Both the position numbers and the translations under genes were made by a program. From positions 660,001 through 692,000 of the forward strand of contig NZ_CP054059.1 in the NCBI RefSeq assembly GCF_021057185.1: DNA of 32,000 bases. The letters are read 5' to 3'. The notes beneath the pieces are model-generated. The model had not been told where the DNA came from. It made no database searches and saw only the letters and a program-made list of their open reading frames with translations. The first letter of the stretch is position 1, and each line of letters starts with the position of its first letter. Positions 1-9,207 of this stretch are shown piece after piece. This DNA comes from Candidatus Absconditicoccus praedator. GTDB lineage: Bacteria; Patescibacteriota; Gracilibacteria; Absconditabacterales; Absconditicoccaceae.

Positions 1-59
1 AGATCATATTCAGAAGCTTTTTTAGAAAAATAACTTGTTACATCATTATAATAACTCAT
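1..59 (-). CDS. 5' end of a CDS that continues off the left edge (hypothetical; MSYYNDVTSYFSKKASEYD...)
   Basis: ATG at 59..57 on the minus strand, open to position 1. Only 19 codons are visible, which is too few to assign a family. Confidence 0.3.
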   Translation of the reverse strand, partial: MSYYNDVTSYFSKKASEYD

Positions 60-84
60 AAAAAAATAATTAAAAAATAAAAAA

Positions 85-1113
85 CTATAAAACTCAGGAT
101 TCATTAATAAAAACTTTTTGATTATCCATATCCAAAGTTGTTTCTGCTCACATTGGTATCACAAACATAGGATCTGTATGTCCAAAATCCATATTTGTAA
201 TTATTGGTAAATTATCCAAACCAAATTCTCACTTCACTATTTTCAAAATAGATTCATTATAATTTTTTTCATCTTGGGCTCTTCATACAATTATTCAATT
301 TATATTTTCCAAAATTCATTGCACTCACATAGTTCTCAAAATTCTTTCAAGATTGCCTTCAGATATATTTTCTTCAGAAGTTTCAAAAAACATTATTTTT
401 CATTTCCATTCATCTGCAGTTGGCCAAAGTTCTGTTCACCACATAAAATAAAATACATCTATACATCATCACAATAATTCTCATTTAATAAGTCAATTTC
501 ACTGCAAAAATCTCCATCATGTATTAGGATTTAATTTTCTTTTTATATTAAGATTTTCTGGATTTCACCAATCTAAAAATTCGTTAGTCCATCAATTAGT
601 ATTTGGTTTGATTTCTCAAATTATGTTATTATTAAATAATGTTTTTTCTACGCTTTCTATCATGTATTCAAACATTCCTGCATTTTCTGCAAATCAAGCC
701 ATGATTGCTGGTCAATAATAACTCCTCAATCATGCTTTGTAGCAAATAAAATGCGTGATAGTACTATCAGAATATCACATATAAATTTTTGGATTATTCC
801 TAATAATATTAAAATCAATGTATGGTAATATTCTAATGCTGTCATCTCATCAAATACTTGAAAATATTGCATCAATACTTGAATCTAAAAATGCATTCAT
901 CAAGTCTTCTGCTCTTTTTTTAGGATTATTATAAACAAATCAAGGATCTTTTATTGTATTTTCCATTTCAATTATTTCTACTCAAAAATGTTCTTTTAAT
1001 TGTTTGATTCAATTGTTATATCTATAAGGGAAAGTTCCAGGTCATCACCAAGAACTACTAACTACAGCTATTTTTGATCATTTTTTTAATTTTTTAGGGA
1101 TTTTAAAAATCAT
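85..1113 (-). CDS. Peptidase S66 family serine peptidase (LD-carboxypeptidase LdcA / microcin C7 immunity MccF-like)
   Basis: 343 codons with TGA=Gly, ATG 1113..1111, TAG 87..85. Motifs seen: KIAVVSSSWGGPG, SSIGGDDSIRILPYID, nucleophile-type motif YMGYSDSTITH, and C-terminal NMDFGHTDP (catalytic His region). Confidence 0.8.
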
Positions 1114-1216
1114 AATTAAGTAATTATTAATAAAATTATTCTAATATTTCATTTGAAATAAATTCTTTCAAAATATGAGTTTTTTCACTATTATTAAATT
1201 AAAAAATAAAATTTAA

Positions 1217-2404
1217 TTAAAAGTTTTTTCATAATAATTCTATTCCAGTTCAAAATACTACTTGTTTAAGTCACTTAGTCTGTAATAATTCATTTGCCCA
1301 ATTAACACTTCATCAATCAGATATATCAGTATATATTCATCTGTCTCATTCTATAAAAATTGTAAATATTGTTCAACTATAATGCCCAATTCATGCAAGT
1401 CTTGAAAAATCTATTTCTATATTTGATATTAAAGACATATCTATATTATTTATCAGATTTTTGAAATAAATGTAATATTTTGAATCTTTGATATCATCTA
1501 TTCAAAATTTATATTTTTCATCTATGTTTAAATCCTTTAAAATATTAGAAGAAAATCAATTTCAGTATTCATTTCTATAGTTATATACTATTTGTTCAAC
1601 TTCTTGATTTTGTAATCAAAATTGTTCTTTTAATATTTTATATAAAATCATTCAATGTGATAATTGTATAGTAATTTTTCATATATTAAGTCAATTTTCT
1701 CTTAAATATTTTAAAAATTTTAAGTTGTTGTTTATTATTTCTGCAATTGATTTATCAAAATCTTCATTTGTAGTACCTTTTTTACAGATTTGTATTCAAG
1801 ATCAAGTTTTAAAATAGGGTAAATATAAAGGGTTTGAAAATTTTTGATTTCTTATTGAAGTAGAAATTGTAAATAATGAAACATCATTTTTATTTTCTTT
1901 TTTAAATCTACTTACTCATTCTAATGTTAAAGAATATGTTGGATCATTTATTAATTCAGAATTAAATCAGGTTGTAATTACTTTATAAGGAGAATTTTTT
2001 CATATTATATATGAAGATCATAGTGGTTTTAATGGAGAAATTTGCAAATATTCATAAGTTCAATCTAAAAAACAATCTATAAAATAATCCTCAATCTTTC
2101 TAATTTTTCTTATATCAATTTTTTGTTTTGGTTTTACAAGATTATTACTATTATAATTTTGTATTAATGTTCATGACGAAATACTATCTAAGATAGTTTT
2201 CGTTGTAAAAAATCTTAAAAAATTATATAAATCAGTTGGTGGAATTGATTCAAAAAACTGAAATAAATTACTTATTTCTTCTTCTTTCTTATCACAAGTT
2301 TTCAATCTTGAAATAAGTTTTTTTCTAAAGTTTTCGATAACCTGTTCAGTTAAAGAATTAGATTTTAATCTTTCAAGTAAATCTATTCACTTTTCTTTTT
2401 CCAT
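1217..2404 (-). CDS. Class II aminoacyl-tRNA synthetase paralog, HisRS/HisZ-like catalytic core without an anticodon-binding domain
   Basis: 396 codons, ATG 2404..2402, TAA 1219..1217. HisRS/HisZ-like blocks: ITIQLSHGMILYKILKE (l.lGh.gi..ll), RLAGIGHYSGTIFTIFIEG (motif 3-like RGldYYTG.vFe), DISDGGSVNWANELL (in place of GGGRYD.L), VVFGTGIELL at the C-terminus. The protein ends right after the core. Confidence 0.6.
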
Positions 2405-2408
2405 ACTT

Positions 2409-3539
2409 CTAAGGATTAGGAACTAAATGAGTTCTAGGAAACACAGTTGCTTCATAAATATATGGTTGGTTTGTAATCCATTGAGTTAATCTTTGCCACC
2501 CCATTCAAAATCAACTTGTTACTTCATAATCTAAAAAATCTCTTGTTTGTAAATATGGTAAATAATCATTTTCTGGAAGATTAAATATTTCAGCTTTTTT
2601 TAGTAAAACATTCTTATCTTTTATTCTCTCTCAAGCTCATATAGTTTCTCTAAATCAGTAAAGTATAAAATCAGCATTTTTTGCAACTGGAACTCCATCA
2701 ATTTCTTCTTTTGCTATAGCATGATAAAAAGGGATTTGAAGCATTGGAAATTTTTCAACAATTACATTTGATTTTAAAACTTCTGTTAATTTTACCTCTT
2801 CCCAAGTTCAAAAATTTTTTAAACTAAAATCTTTATATTTTTCATCTCAAGTTTCTTTGTAAAGTAAATCTAAAGCTTCTCTAAATCATATTCTCATAGG
2901 TCATTTATTTACTAAATCAATTTTATTTTTTAGTTCTTCTTCTGATAAGAAAAATAGTAAATCCTCTTTGTTGTTTTTCACTACATAATTAAAAATATGT
3001 TCAAACAATCACATAAATACTTTAATATCTCATTCTAAATCAACTTTTCATTCATATTCTATATGTTGAAATTCAGATAAATGAGTTGCATCAGATTTTT
3101 CTTTTCTAAAAGAATTATAAATACTAAAAGCTTGATCTAGTCATTTTATAAGTAATTGTAATTCTAAATAAAATTGAGAACTTTCAGATAAAAATATTTT
3201 TCTGTCATTTCAAAACCAATTTGGAAGTTCAACTGGTAAAGTATCTGTTGTATAATCTAGTTTTTGTCATGCATATACTTCTCAAGGAGAAGAAATCATA
3301 AGAGTTGTAAGTGGTAAATTAGTCCATTTTGCTCACAATTTTACAAAATATTCTACAGTTGCTTGAAATACTGCATTATCTATATTTGCAATATGCAAAA
3401 ACATTTTTTCATTTTTAACTCTTGAAACTCTGTTTTCAAGTAAAGAAGTTTCAACTTCTTTAAAATTAATTTTTTGAGACTTGTTTATATTGTTTCAAAC
3501 ATACTTAACTTCTCAATTCTTCAAAGCTTTATAAACCAT
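2409..3539 (-). CDS. AsnRS/AspRS-type class II catalytic core without the N-terminal OB anticodon-binding domain (archaeal-type asparagine synthetase A-like paralog)
   Basis: 377 codons, ATG 3539..3537, TAG 2411..2409, 4 nt upstream of the next gene. Motif 2-like SFRKEKSDATHLSEFQHIEYEG, GAGERI (GGSIR position), motif 3-like SGFGMGWQRLTQWI. Only about 45 aa precede the motif 1 region. Confidence 0.75.
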
Positions 3540-3623
3540 ACTTATAAATTAAAAAATAAAATTATTGACTATCGTTCTTATAAATGTTATTTCCCAAAAA
3601 TCAAGATATTTTGAGCCAAGAAA

Positions 3624-3689
3624 CTACAATAACACACTATCTATATATCCAGCTTTTATCAGTTTATCTTTGAATCATTGACTATTCAT
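3624..3689 (-). CDS. 21-codon mini-ORF (MNSQGFKDKLIKAGYIDSVLL) with a strong Shine-Dalgarno sequence; possible leader or small peptide
   Basis: AAAGGAGAGAAT-ATG (SD GGAGAG at 3698..3693, ATG 3689..3687), TAG 3626..3624. It lies in the 190-nt gap upstream of the AsnRS-like gene. Nearly all other genes here lack an SD. Confidence 0.25.
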
Positions 3690-3730
3690 ATTCTCTCCTT
3701 TGTGTGTCTGCAAAAAAAGTTTATTTTTTT

Positions 3731-3964
3731 CTATGATTTGATCTTGGATTTGTCAAATTTACACTGAAGAAATCTAGAAGTTTCTGAATAAGTCTGACTA
3801 TCCATATTTTCATGTCTTTGATCTATTTGTTCTACTAGATTGTTTACTACTACAAAATTATTGGCTTGTTCTAGCTTTTCTTGTCATTCAATATCTTCTC
3901 TTTGGTCTTGTGATTCTCAAGATTCTATTTCTTCTACTCTAGGTCATACTTCTGGATTTTGCAT
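3731..3964 (-). CDS. Hypothetical small acidic protein (77 aa)
   Basis: ATG 3964..3962, TAG 3733..3731, open with TGA=Gly: MQNPEVGPRVEEIESGESQDQREDIEGQEKLEQ... No recognisable motif. Confidence 0.45.
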
Positions 3965-3984
3965 TTTTGTTTTTATTTAGAATT

Positions 3985-4626
3985 TTAATAATTAGCTTCT
4001 ATATAAGCTGAAATATCTCCTGTATAGTCAAGGATTCTTTGTGATTCTTCTTCTGTTAGATCTCTTTGTACTCATTTTTCTTTCAAAAAGTTTCGTTTTT
4101 CTTCTAATCAAGTATTTGCAAAATCTACTCACAATAAATTTACCAAACCTTTTATTTCTCTTACATATTCTATTCTAGTTGATTCTACTTCTCTGGCTTC
4201 TTCTTGTGCTTGTTGTGCTCTTTCTTGGGCTTCTTGTGCTCTTTCTTGGGCTTCTTGTGCTCTTTCTTCTGCTTCTTGTGCTTCTTCTAAAGATTTCTCT
4301 CATTTTTCTTCCCAACTATCATCTTCTGCTATATCGTCCCATGCATGAGCTGATGGTATCACTAAGTCTACTCATTTTGCTAGCATAGATTTTATTCATT
4401 CTGAAATTCTATCTCATACTCATTTTCTTTCTACTTCCTCCAATACTTCTGATCCTGGTATTGATACAGTTTGTCAATTCTCCAAATTCTTTCAATCTCA
4501 AGATTGTATAATTGATGCCCCAAGTATAGTTGCTAAAGCTGCTCCAGTTATCTTTGTTGTGTTTCTTAGTCCTCTTGGTTTTAAGCTTTCATTTCTCTCA
4601 GATGAGTGATTAATTCATTTTTCCAT
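3985..4626 (-). CDS. Hypothetical membrane-anchored coiled-coil protein with a tandem (ERAQEAQ)n repeat
   Basis: 214 codons, ATG 4626..4624, TAA 3987..3985. N-terminal hydrophobic segment KITGAALATILGASIIQ. Central block EEAQEAEERAQEAQERAQEAQERAQQAQEEA. Confidence 0.6.
4206..4289. repeat. In-frame 21-bp tandem repeat (gggcttcttgtgctctttctt)
   Basis: Two identical units at 4227..4247 and 4248..4268, a 19/21 copy at 4206..4226, and a degenerate partial copy after 4269. On the minus strand it encodes the ERAQEAQ heptads. Confidence 0.85.
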
Positions 4627-4740
4627 TAGTATTTTAGATTATGAAATTAAAAACTTTGTTTGATTTTTAATAAAATTTATCATTATGTCAAGTATAAATT
4701 GTTTGGGTGGATTTGTATTTCAAAGCAGTTTTAGAAAATA

Positions 4741-6234
4741 CTAAATTATTTCTCAGTAAAGATTGAAACTATCTCATTTTTTTATCTCAACACAACAAAA
4801 ATTCCCTGTATTCATATCATAATCTGGCTTTTTTATAATAACATTTTTCATCTGCTCATTGTATCCAATAATAGCCTTTTCATCTATTTTTGTAGTCATA
4901 ACATCTTGTATTTTTCATACATCTTTTTGATTATTTTCAAAAGAAATATGACTAAGCAAAGAATTCATCTGAGATCGCCTATTTGATTTTGTTTGTGCCC
5001 AAACATCATCATCATATTTTTTGGCTCACAAAGTACCTGGTCTTGGAGAATATACTCACATAAATATCATATCAAATTTTGCATACTCTACCAACTCCAA
5101 AGAAGCCTGAAAATCTTCTTCTGTCTCTGATGGGAATCAGATAATCATATCAGTAGTTATACTAATATTTCTATCCAAAGAATAAATTTTATCAATAAAC
5201 TCCTTAAACTGCTCTACAGTATATCACCTAAACATTTTTTTTAAGATTTTGTTGGAGCCTGATTGTGCGGGGATATGTATATGAGGACACAATTTCTCCT
5301 CATTTTCATGCATAGAAAACAACTCATCATTATAATATGTTGGATAAGGTGATGTATATCTTATCCACTTAATATTTTTATATTTAAGTATAGCTTTTAT
5401 TATTTTGTTGAATTCTGGATGCTTGTTTACTATTTGTCCAACCAATATTATCTCTTCTACTCAATTACTAATATGATAGTCTACTTCTTTCAAAATATCA
5501 TCATAAGATCTGTTTTTCTCAAGTCATCTTGCATAAGGCACTATACAATAAGCACAAAATTGAGAACATCAAGTTTGTATTGGCACAAAAGCAGTTTTTG
5601 CCCTTTTTTCCAAATTTTGATTTGCTCATCATGGAATTATTCAAGTATATTCATTTTGGATATTTTCATCAACTTTTTCAATTTTATAACCTATTTTTTC
5701 CAATATTTGAGGCAAAAAACCAAGATCATCTATCCTAAAAACCAACTCCAAATTATCAAACCTTTTCTTGATCTTTTTGTACAAAGGATTAAATGCATTA
5801 TTCAACAATAAAACCTGATCTTTGAATCACTTCATATCTGGATTTGATTTTTTGTATTGATACAAAACATCTTCTATATTGCTTTCATAAATTCCTGCAA
5901 TAATAGGATTTTTTGTTTTCAATTTTCACTGAAAATTTCACAAGTTAAAATTATTTTGTATAGTTTCCTCATATTTTTTCATTTTGTTGAGATTTAGATT
6001 GTGCTGGATCATACATCAGGTTATCCATACTTTTTTGTCTTTAGGAATCTGCTTCAATCTTCCAAAGACTTTATCTTCTGACTTTTGTCTTACAGAACAT
6101 GTATCCAAAATAACAATATCCGCATCTTCAATATTTTCCACATATGAAAATCAACAGTTTATAAGAACTGCTCTTATTCTTGCACTATCTGAATAATTCA
6201 TCTGACATCCGTATACAATTATATGAAATTTCAT
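4741..6234 (-). CDS. miaB: tRNA-2-methylthio-N6-dimethylallyladenosine synthase (radical SAM methylthiotransferase MiaB)
   Basis: 498 codons, ATG 6234..6232, TAG 4743..4741. N-domain YGCQMNYSDS, LDTCSVRQKSEDKV, ITGCM. Radical SAM motif TGCSQFCAYCIVPYARG. HIHIPAQSGSNKILKKMFRG. C-terminal TRAM-like region. Confidence 0.9.
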
Positions 6235-6435
6235 TGATAACAATATCAAAAAAAAGTAAATAAGTAACTAAATCTTTGAATATCAAAATTTGAACAAACT
6301 CATAGAAAACACTCATATTCAAAGAAATTTTTTATCATCAACTAAACAAGAGTATAGTTTTTATAACCTTAAAAACACACTAATTTATAGTTATTTAAAA
6401 ACAAAAATCAAACCAATAAGAGTTTGCATTAAATT

Positions 6436-7149
6436 TTAAGTGACATCTACATAAGTTCATTTTATAGATTTTGAGAGGATTTTTTCTATATCCATAAGCT
6501 TACAAACAAAAATAGGAAGTTTTTCATCTTTGGCCAAAGCTATAGCACTTTGATCCATAATTTGAAGTCACTTATCCAAAGCTTCATCGATACCTATATT
6601 TTCATATTTCTTGGCTGTAGAGTCAACAAAAGGATCTTTATCATATATACCATCAACCTTTGTTCATTTTATCATAAAATCACAATTCAACTCCAAAGCC
6701 CTCAAAACAGCAGCACTATCAGTTGTAAAATAAGGATTTCAAGTACCACTCACTGTCAAAACAACTCTTCATTTTTCAAGATGTTTCAAAGCTCTTCTTC
6801 TAATAAATGTTTCAGCAACTTTTGGAATTTCCAATGCAGACATTATTCTTACTGAATTTCATTGTTTTTCTATAGCATCACCCAAAGCTATACCATTCAT
6901 CACAGTAGCAAGCATTCACATATAATCAGCTTGAGACCTATCAATACCGCTTGCAGCACCACTCACTCATCTAAATATATTTCATCATCAAATCACTATA
7001 ACAATTTGAACTCACTTGTATCTTGATAAATAAACTATTTTTTCTGATAACTTTTCAAGCAGTTTTACATCTATTCAATATTCTTTGCTTCATTGTAATG
7101 CTTCTCAACTAAGTTTTAATAATACTCTTTTGGGATGTTTTTTTATCAT
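6436..7149 (-). CDS. pyrH: UMP kinase
   Basis: 238 codons, ATG 7149..7147, TAA 6438..6436. Motifs: RVLLKLSGEAL, VIGGGNIFRG (three consecutive TGA codons at 6982..6990), ADYMGMLATVMN, TGNPYFTTDSAA, GTKVDGIYDKDP. I counted about 15 TGA-encoded Gly. Confidence 0.93.
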
Positions 7150-7169
7150 TATTTTTTTAAACAAATAAA

Positions 7170-7193
7170 AAGTCACATTTTAAAATGTGACTT
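7170..7193. repeat. Perfect 24-bp palindrome AAGTCACATTTT/AAAATGTGACTT, 21-44 nt upstream of the pyrH start
   Basis: Read directly from the sequence. On the minus strand it is followed by TTTTATTTGTTT, so it could be a weak intrinsic terminator for the upstream gene. It could also be an operator for a dimeric regulator. Confidence 0.6.
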
Positions 7194-7307
7194 ACTAACT
7201 AGCTACTCAACTAAAATCTCATACCTTTGTGTTCATCTACAACTAAATTGAAATAAAACATACATTCAACAATATAATATTTTTTTTAAATTTTTCAACA
7301 ATATATT

Positions 7308-7661
7308 TTACTTTTTTGTCTCCATTACATTTTTAAATCAAGCCAAATCTGAATCTTCTGATAATTTTCTAAAAAAATCTACATCATCTGCTGCATTTCA
7401 TTCTTCCAACTTTCATTTGGCCTCATCTAACCTATCTGCAAACACTTCGTATCATTCTTCATCTTGAGAAGGCATTTCAGGCATTAATTCAGCCAATTGA
7501 CCTGGCTTAAAATTTGCAATACACTCTTCAAATCTGGAATCAATATCCTTATCTGGATTTTCTACATTTGAATAGTCTATAGATTCTTTTTTGTCTTCTT
7601 GTTCTCTGGTTTCAGAAGGATTTTCTAATTCCTCAAAACTAGGAGCTTCTATATTTCACAT
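7308..7661 (-). CDS. Hypothetical acidic protein (117 aa)
   Basis: ATG 7661..7659, TAA 7310..7308, open with TGA=Gly: MGNIEAPSFEELENPSETREQEDKKESIDYSNVENPDKD... No recognisable motif. Confidence 0.5.
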
Positions 7662-7687
7662 TTTATTTTTGTTTTAGTTATATAAAT

Positions 7688-7954
7688 TTATAAGTTTTCC
7701 AAAAGTCTTTCTGCATCAAGAACCTCTTTGTGTTCTTCCATATGTCTTGATATCAAATTGATATCTGCTACAAATTCTCTAAGCCTGGCTATTGCTTTTT
7801 GATATCTTTCATACAAAAGAACAAATAGTTTTTTCTTTTTGTCTTCTTTTAGTAAATTTAAGTAATTTTTTAGTTTTTGTCTTTGTTCGGTATCTATATA
7901 ATACAATTCCTCTAATATTTGCATTATTTTAAAATCAAGATCGTTTTCCATCAT
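7688..7954 (-). CDS. Hypothetical small helical protein (88 aa)
   Basis: This is an intact ORF in the supplied track with an ATG start. It contains no TGA and is co-oriented and tightly spaced with its neighbours. Confidence 0.55.
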   Translation of the reverse strand: MMENDLDFKIMQILEELYYIDTEQRQKLKNYLNLLKEDKKKKLFVLLYERYQKAIARLREFVADINLISRHMEEHKEVLDAERLLENL

Positions 7955-8047
7955 ACTTTATTATACTTATAAATATATTATCAATTATAATATTTTTTAT
8001 ATCTATGTCAAACTTAAAAGCACATTTTTAGCCATTCTTTTATAAAT

Positions 8048-9037
8048 CTATACCACCACCCAGCTATCTGGTAACTCTTCTTTTATCAATCATTGCAACT
8101 CCAAAGAAGACAAAACTACAAGAATTTCAGACGAGTCCAAGTCTACTCAATTTGCTATTTCTTGATATGAACATCAATTATGCTCAAACACAAAATGATA
8201 TATTTTTTTCTCTTCAGTTGAAAGGTTTGATATGTTAGGCTTTGATTTTTCTTGGATCTTTCAGAAATTATCTTCCACAAAAGATTTTATACCTGATACC
8301 AAACCAATTTTTTTGTCTTTGATAAGCTGATTTACTCATTCACTTTGAGTGTCAAAAATCCTTCAGGGAGTTGCGTATACTGGCACATTACTTTTTAGAG
8401 CAAAATCTACTGTTATCAAACTCCCCGAACCATCTCAAGCCTCCGGCAAAAACAACAAATCTGAAAGACCTGCTATAATTCTATTTCTTTGAGGAAAAGT
8501 AAAATTGGTTGGTTTGGATTTGAGTTTGAATTCTGACATAACCAGTCATCAATTATCTATTATTTTTTGAATAAAGTTTCTTTTGTTGGAATAAAGATAA
8601 TATCAAAGTCATCATCACAATACTGCTATTGTTGGGATATTATTTTTGATGGAATGTTCGGCCACCCAACTATCTATTCATGGAGCAAGTCAAGAAATGG
8701 TGACAATATCTTTATCAGAAAGATACTCAAAAAGCTCTTCCAAAACTTTTTTTCAATAATTTGACGGCTTCCTAGGTCAAACTATTCAAATTGTTTTTTT
8801 ATCAAGTATTTGGCTGTCTCATTTCCAATAAACTATATAAGGTTTTGATTTGGTATTATAAAACCTATAGTGATAATCTGCACCTTTCTCATCAACAAAA
8901 AAGTTAAGATTGTTATCTTCCATAAATTTTCCTATTTTGGAGTAGTCAAGATTTGAAGGAATATTTTTGTTTTTCAGATCAGAGATCTTGATGTTCTCAT
9001 CTATTGAATAAGACAGCACCAATTTTTCCAAATCCAA
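8048..9037 (-). CDS. dprA: DNA processing protein A (Smf/DprA)
   Basis: 330 codons, TAG 8050..8048. Motifs: IGIVGPRKPSNYG, ISGLAPGIDSWVAEHS, TIAVLGGGL, FPQRNRIIAGLS, PEAGDGSGSLITVDFA, VYATPGRIFD...GVNQLI. The start is TTG at 9037..9035, the first start after an in-frame TAA. The first ATG lies 38 codons further in, so the start is uncertain. Confidence 0.85.
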
Positions 9038-9112
9038 AACAATAGATTACCAAATAAATTGTAGCAATTCTAATAATTCAAAACATAAAAATCAAGACAT
9101 TATAAAATTCTC

Positions 9113-9140
9113 TTGAAAAAATTATACAAATTGTTAATAT
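9113..9140 (+). promoter_or_regulatory. Candidate sigma70-type promoter for clpB (TTGAAA-16 nt-TAATAT)
   Basis: -35 at 9113..9118 and -10 at 9135..9140. The predicted TSS falls at the left edge of the CIRCE-like repeat. Such hexamers occur often by chance in AT-rich DNA. Confidence 0.3.
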
Positions 9141-9144
9141 CAAT

Positions 9145-9171
9145 ATAGCACCAAACAATAATAAGTGCTAT
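9145..9171 (+). promoter_or_regulatory. CIRCE-like inverted repeat (putative HrcA operator) upstream of clpB
   Basis: ATAGCACCA-N9-AAGTGCTAT compared with the CIRCE consensus TTAGCACTC-N9-GAGTGCTAA. 13 of 18 arm positions match and the TAGCAC-N13-GTGCTA spacing is identical. It lies 37 nt upstream of the clpB ATG. Confidence 0.4.
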
Positions 9172-9207
9172 TAAAATAATAAAATTTAGAATCTAAATAC
9201 TTAAAAA

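Noticed and set aside
3540-3730. A T-box or other riboswitch leader upstream of the aaRS-like genes
   Set aside because: I could not find the conserved T-box sequence, a specifier-loop or AG-bulge pattern, or a terminator/antiterminator pair by eye. This needs a covariance-model scan to be certain.
4206-4289. A tandem direct repeat as a possible CRISPR array
   Set aside because: The units are contiguous with no spacers, only 21 bp long, in-frame and coding. No cas genes are nearby.
4179-4388. Leu-rich 69-aa plus-strand ORF (MILLLWLLLVLVVLFLGLLVLF...)
   Set aside because: It is the antisense reading of the 21-bp ERAQEAQ repeat region. The minus-strand gene has a sensible start, membrane anchor and stop.
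5419-5811. 130-aa plus-strand ORF and similar track ORFs (22532..22888, 23004..23360, 23339..23587)
   Set aside because: They are antisense to miaB and ftsK respectively, whose conserved motifs occupy the opposite strand.
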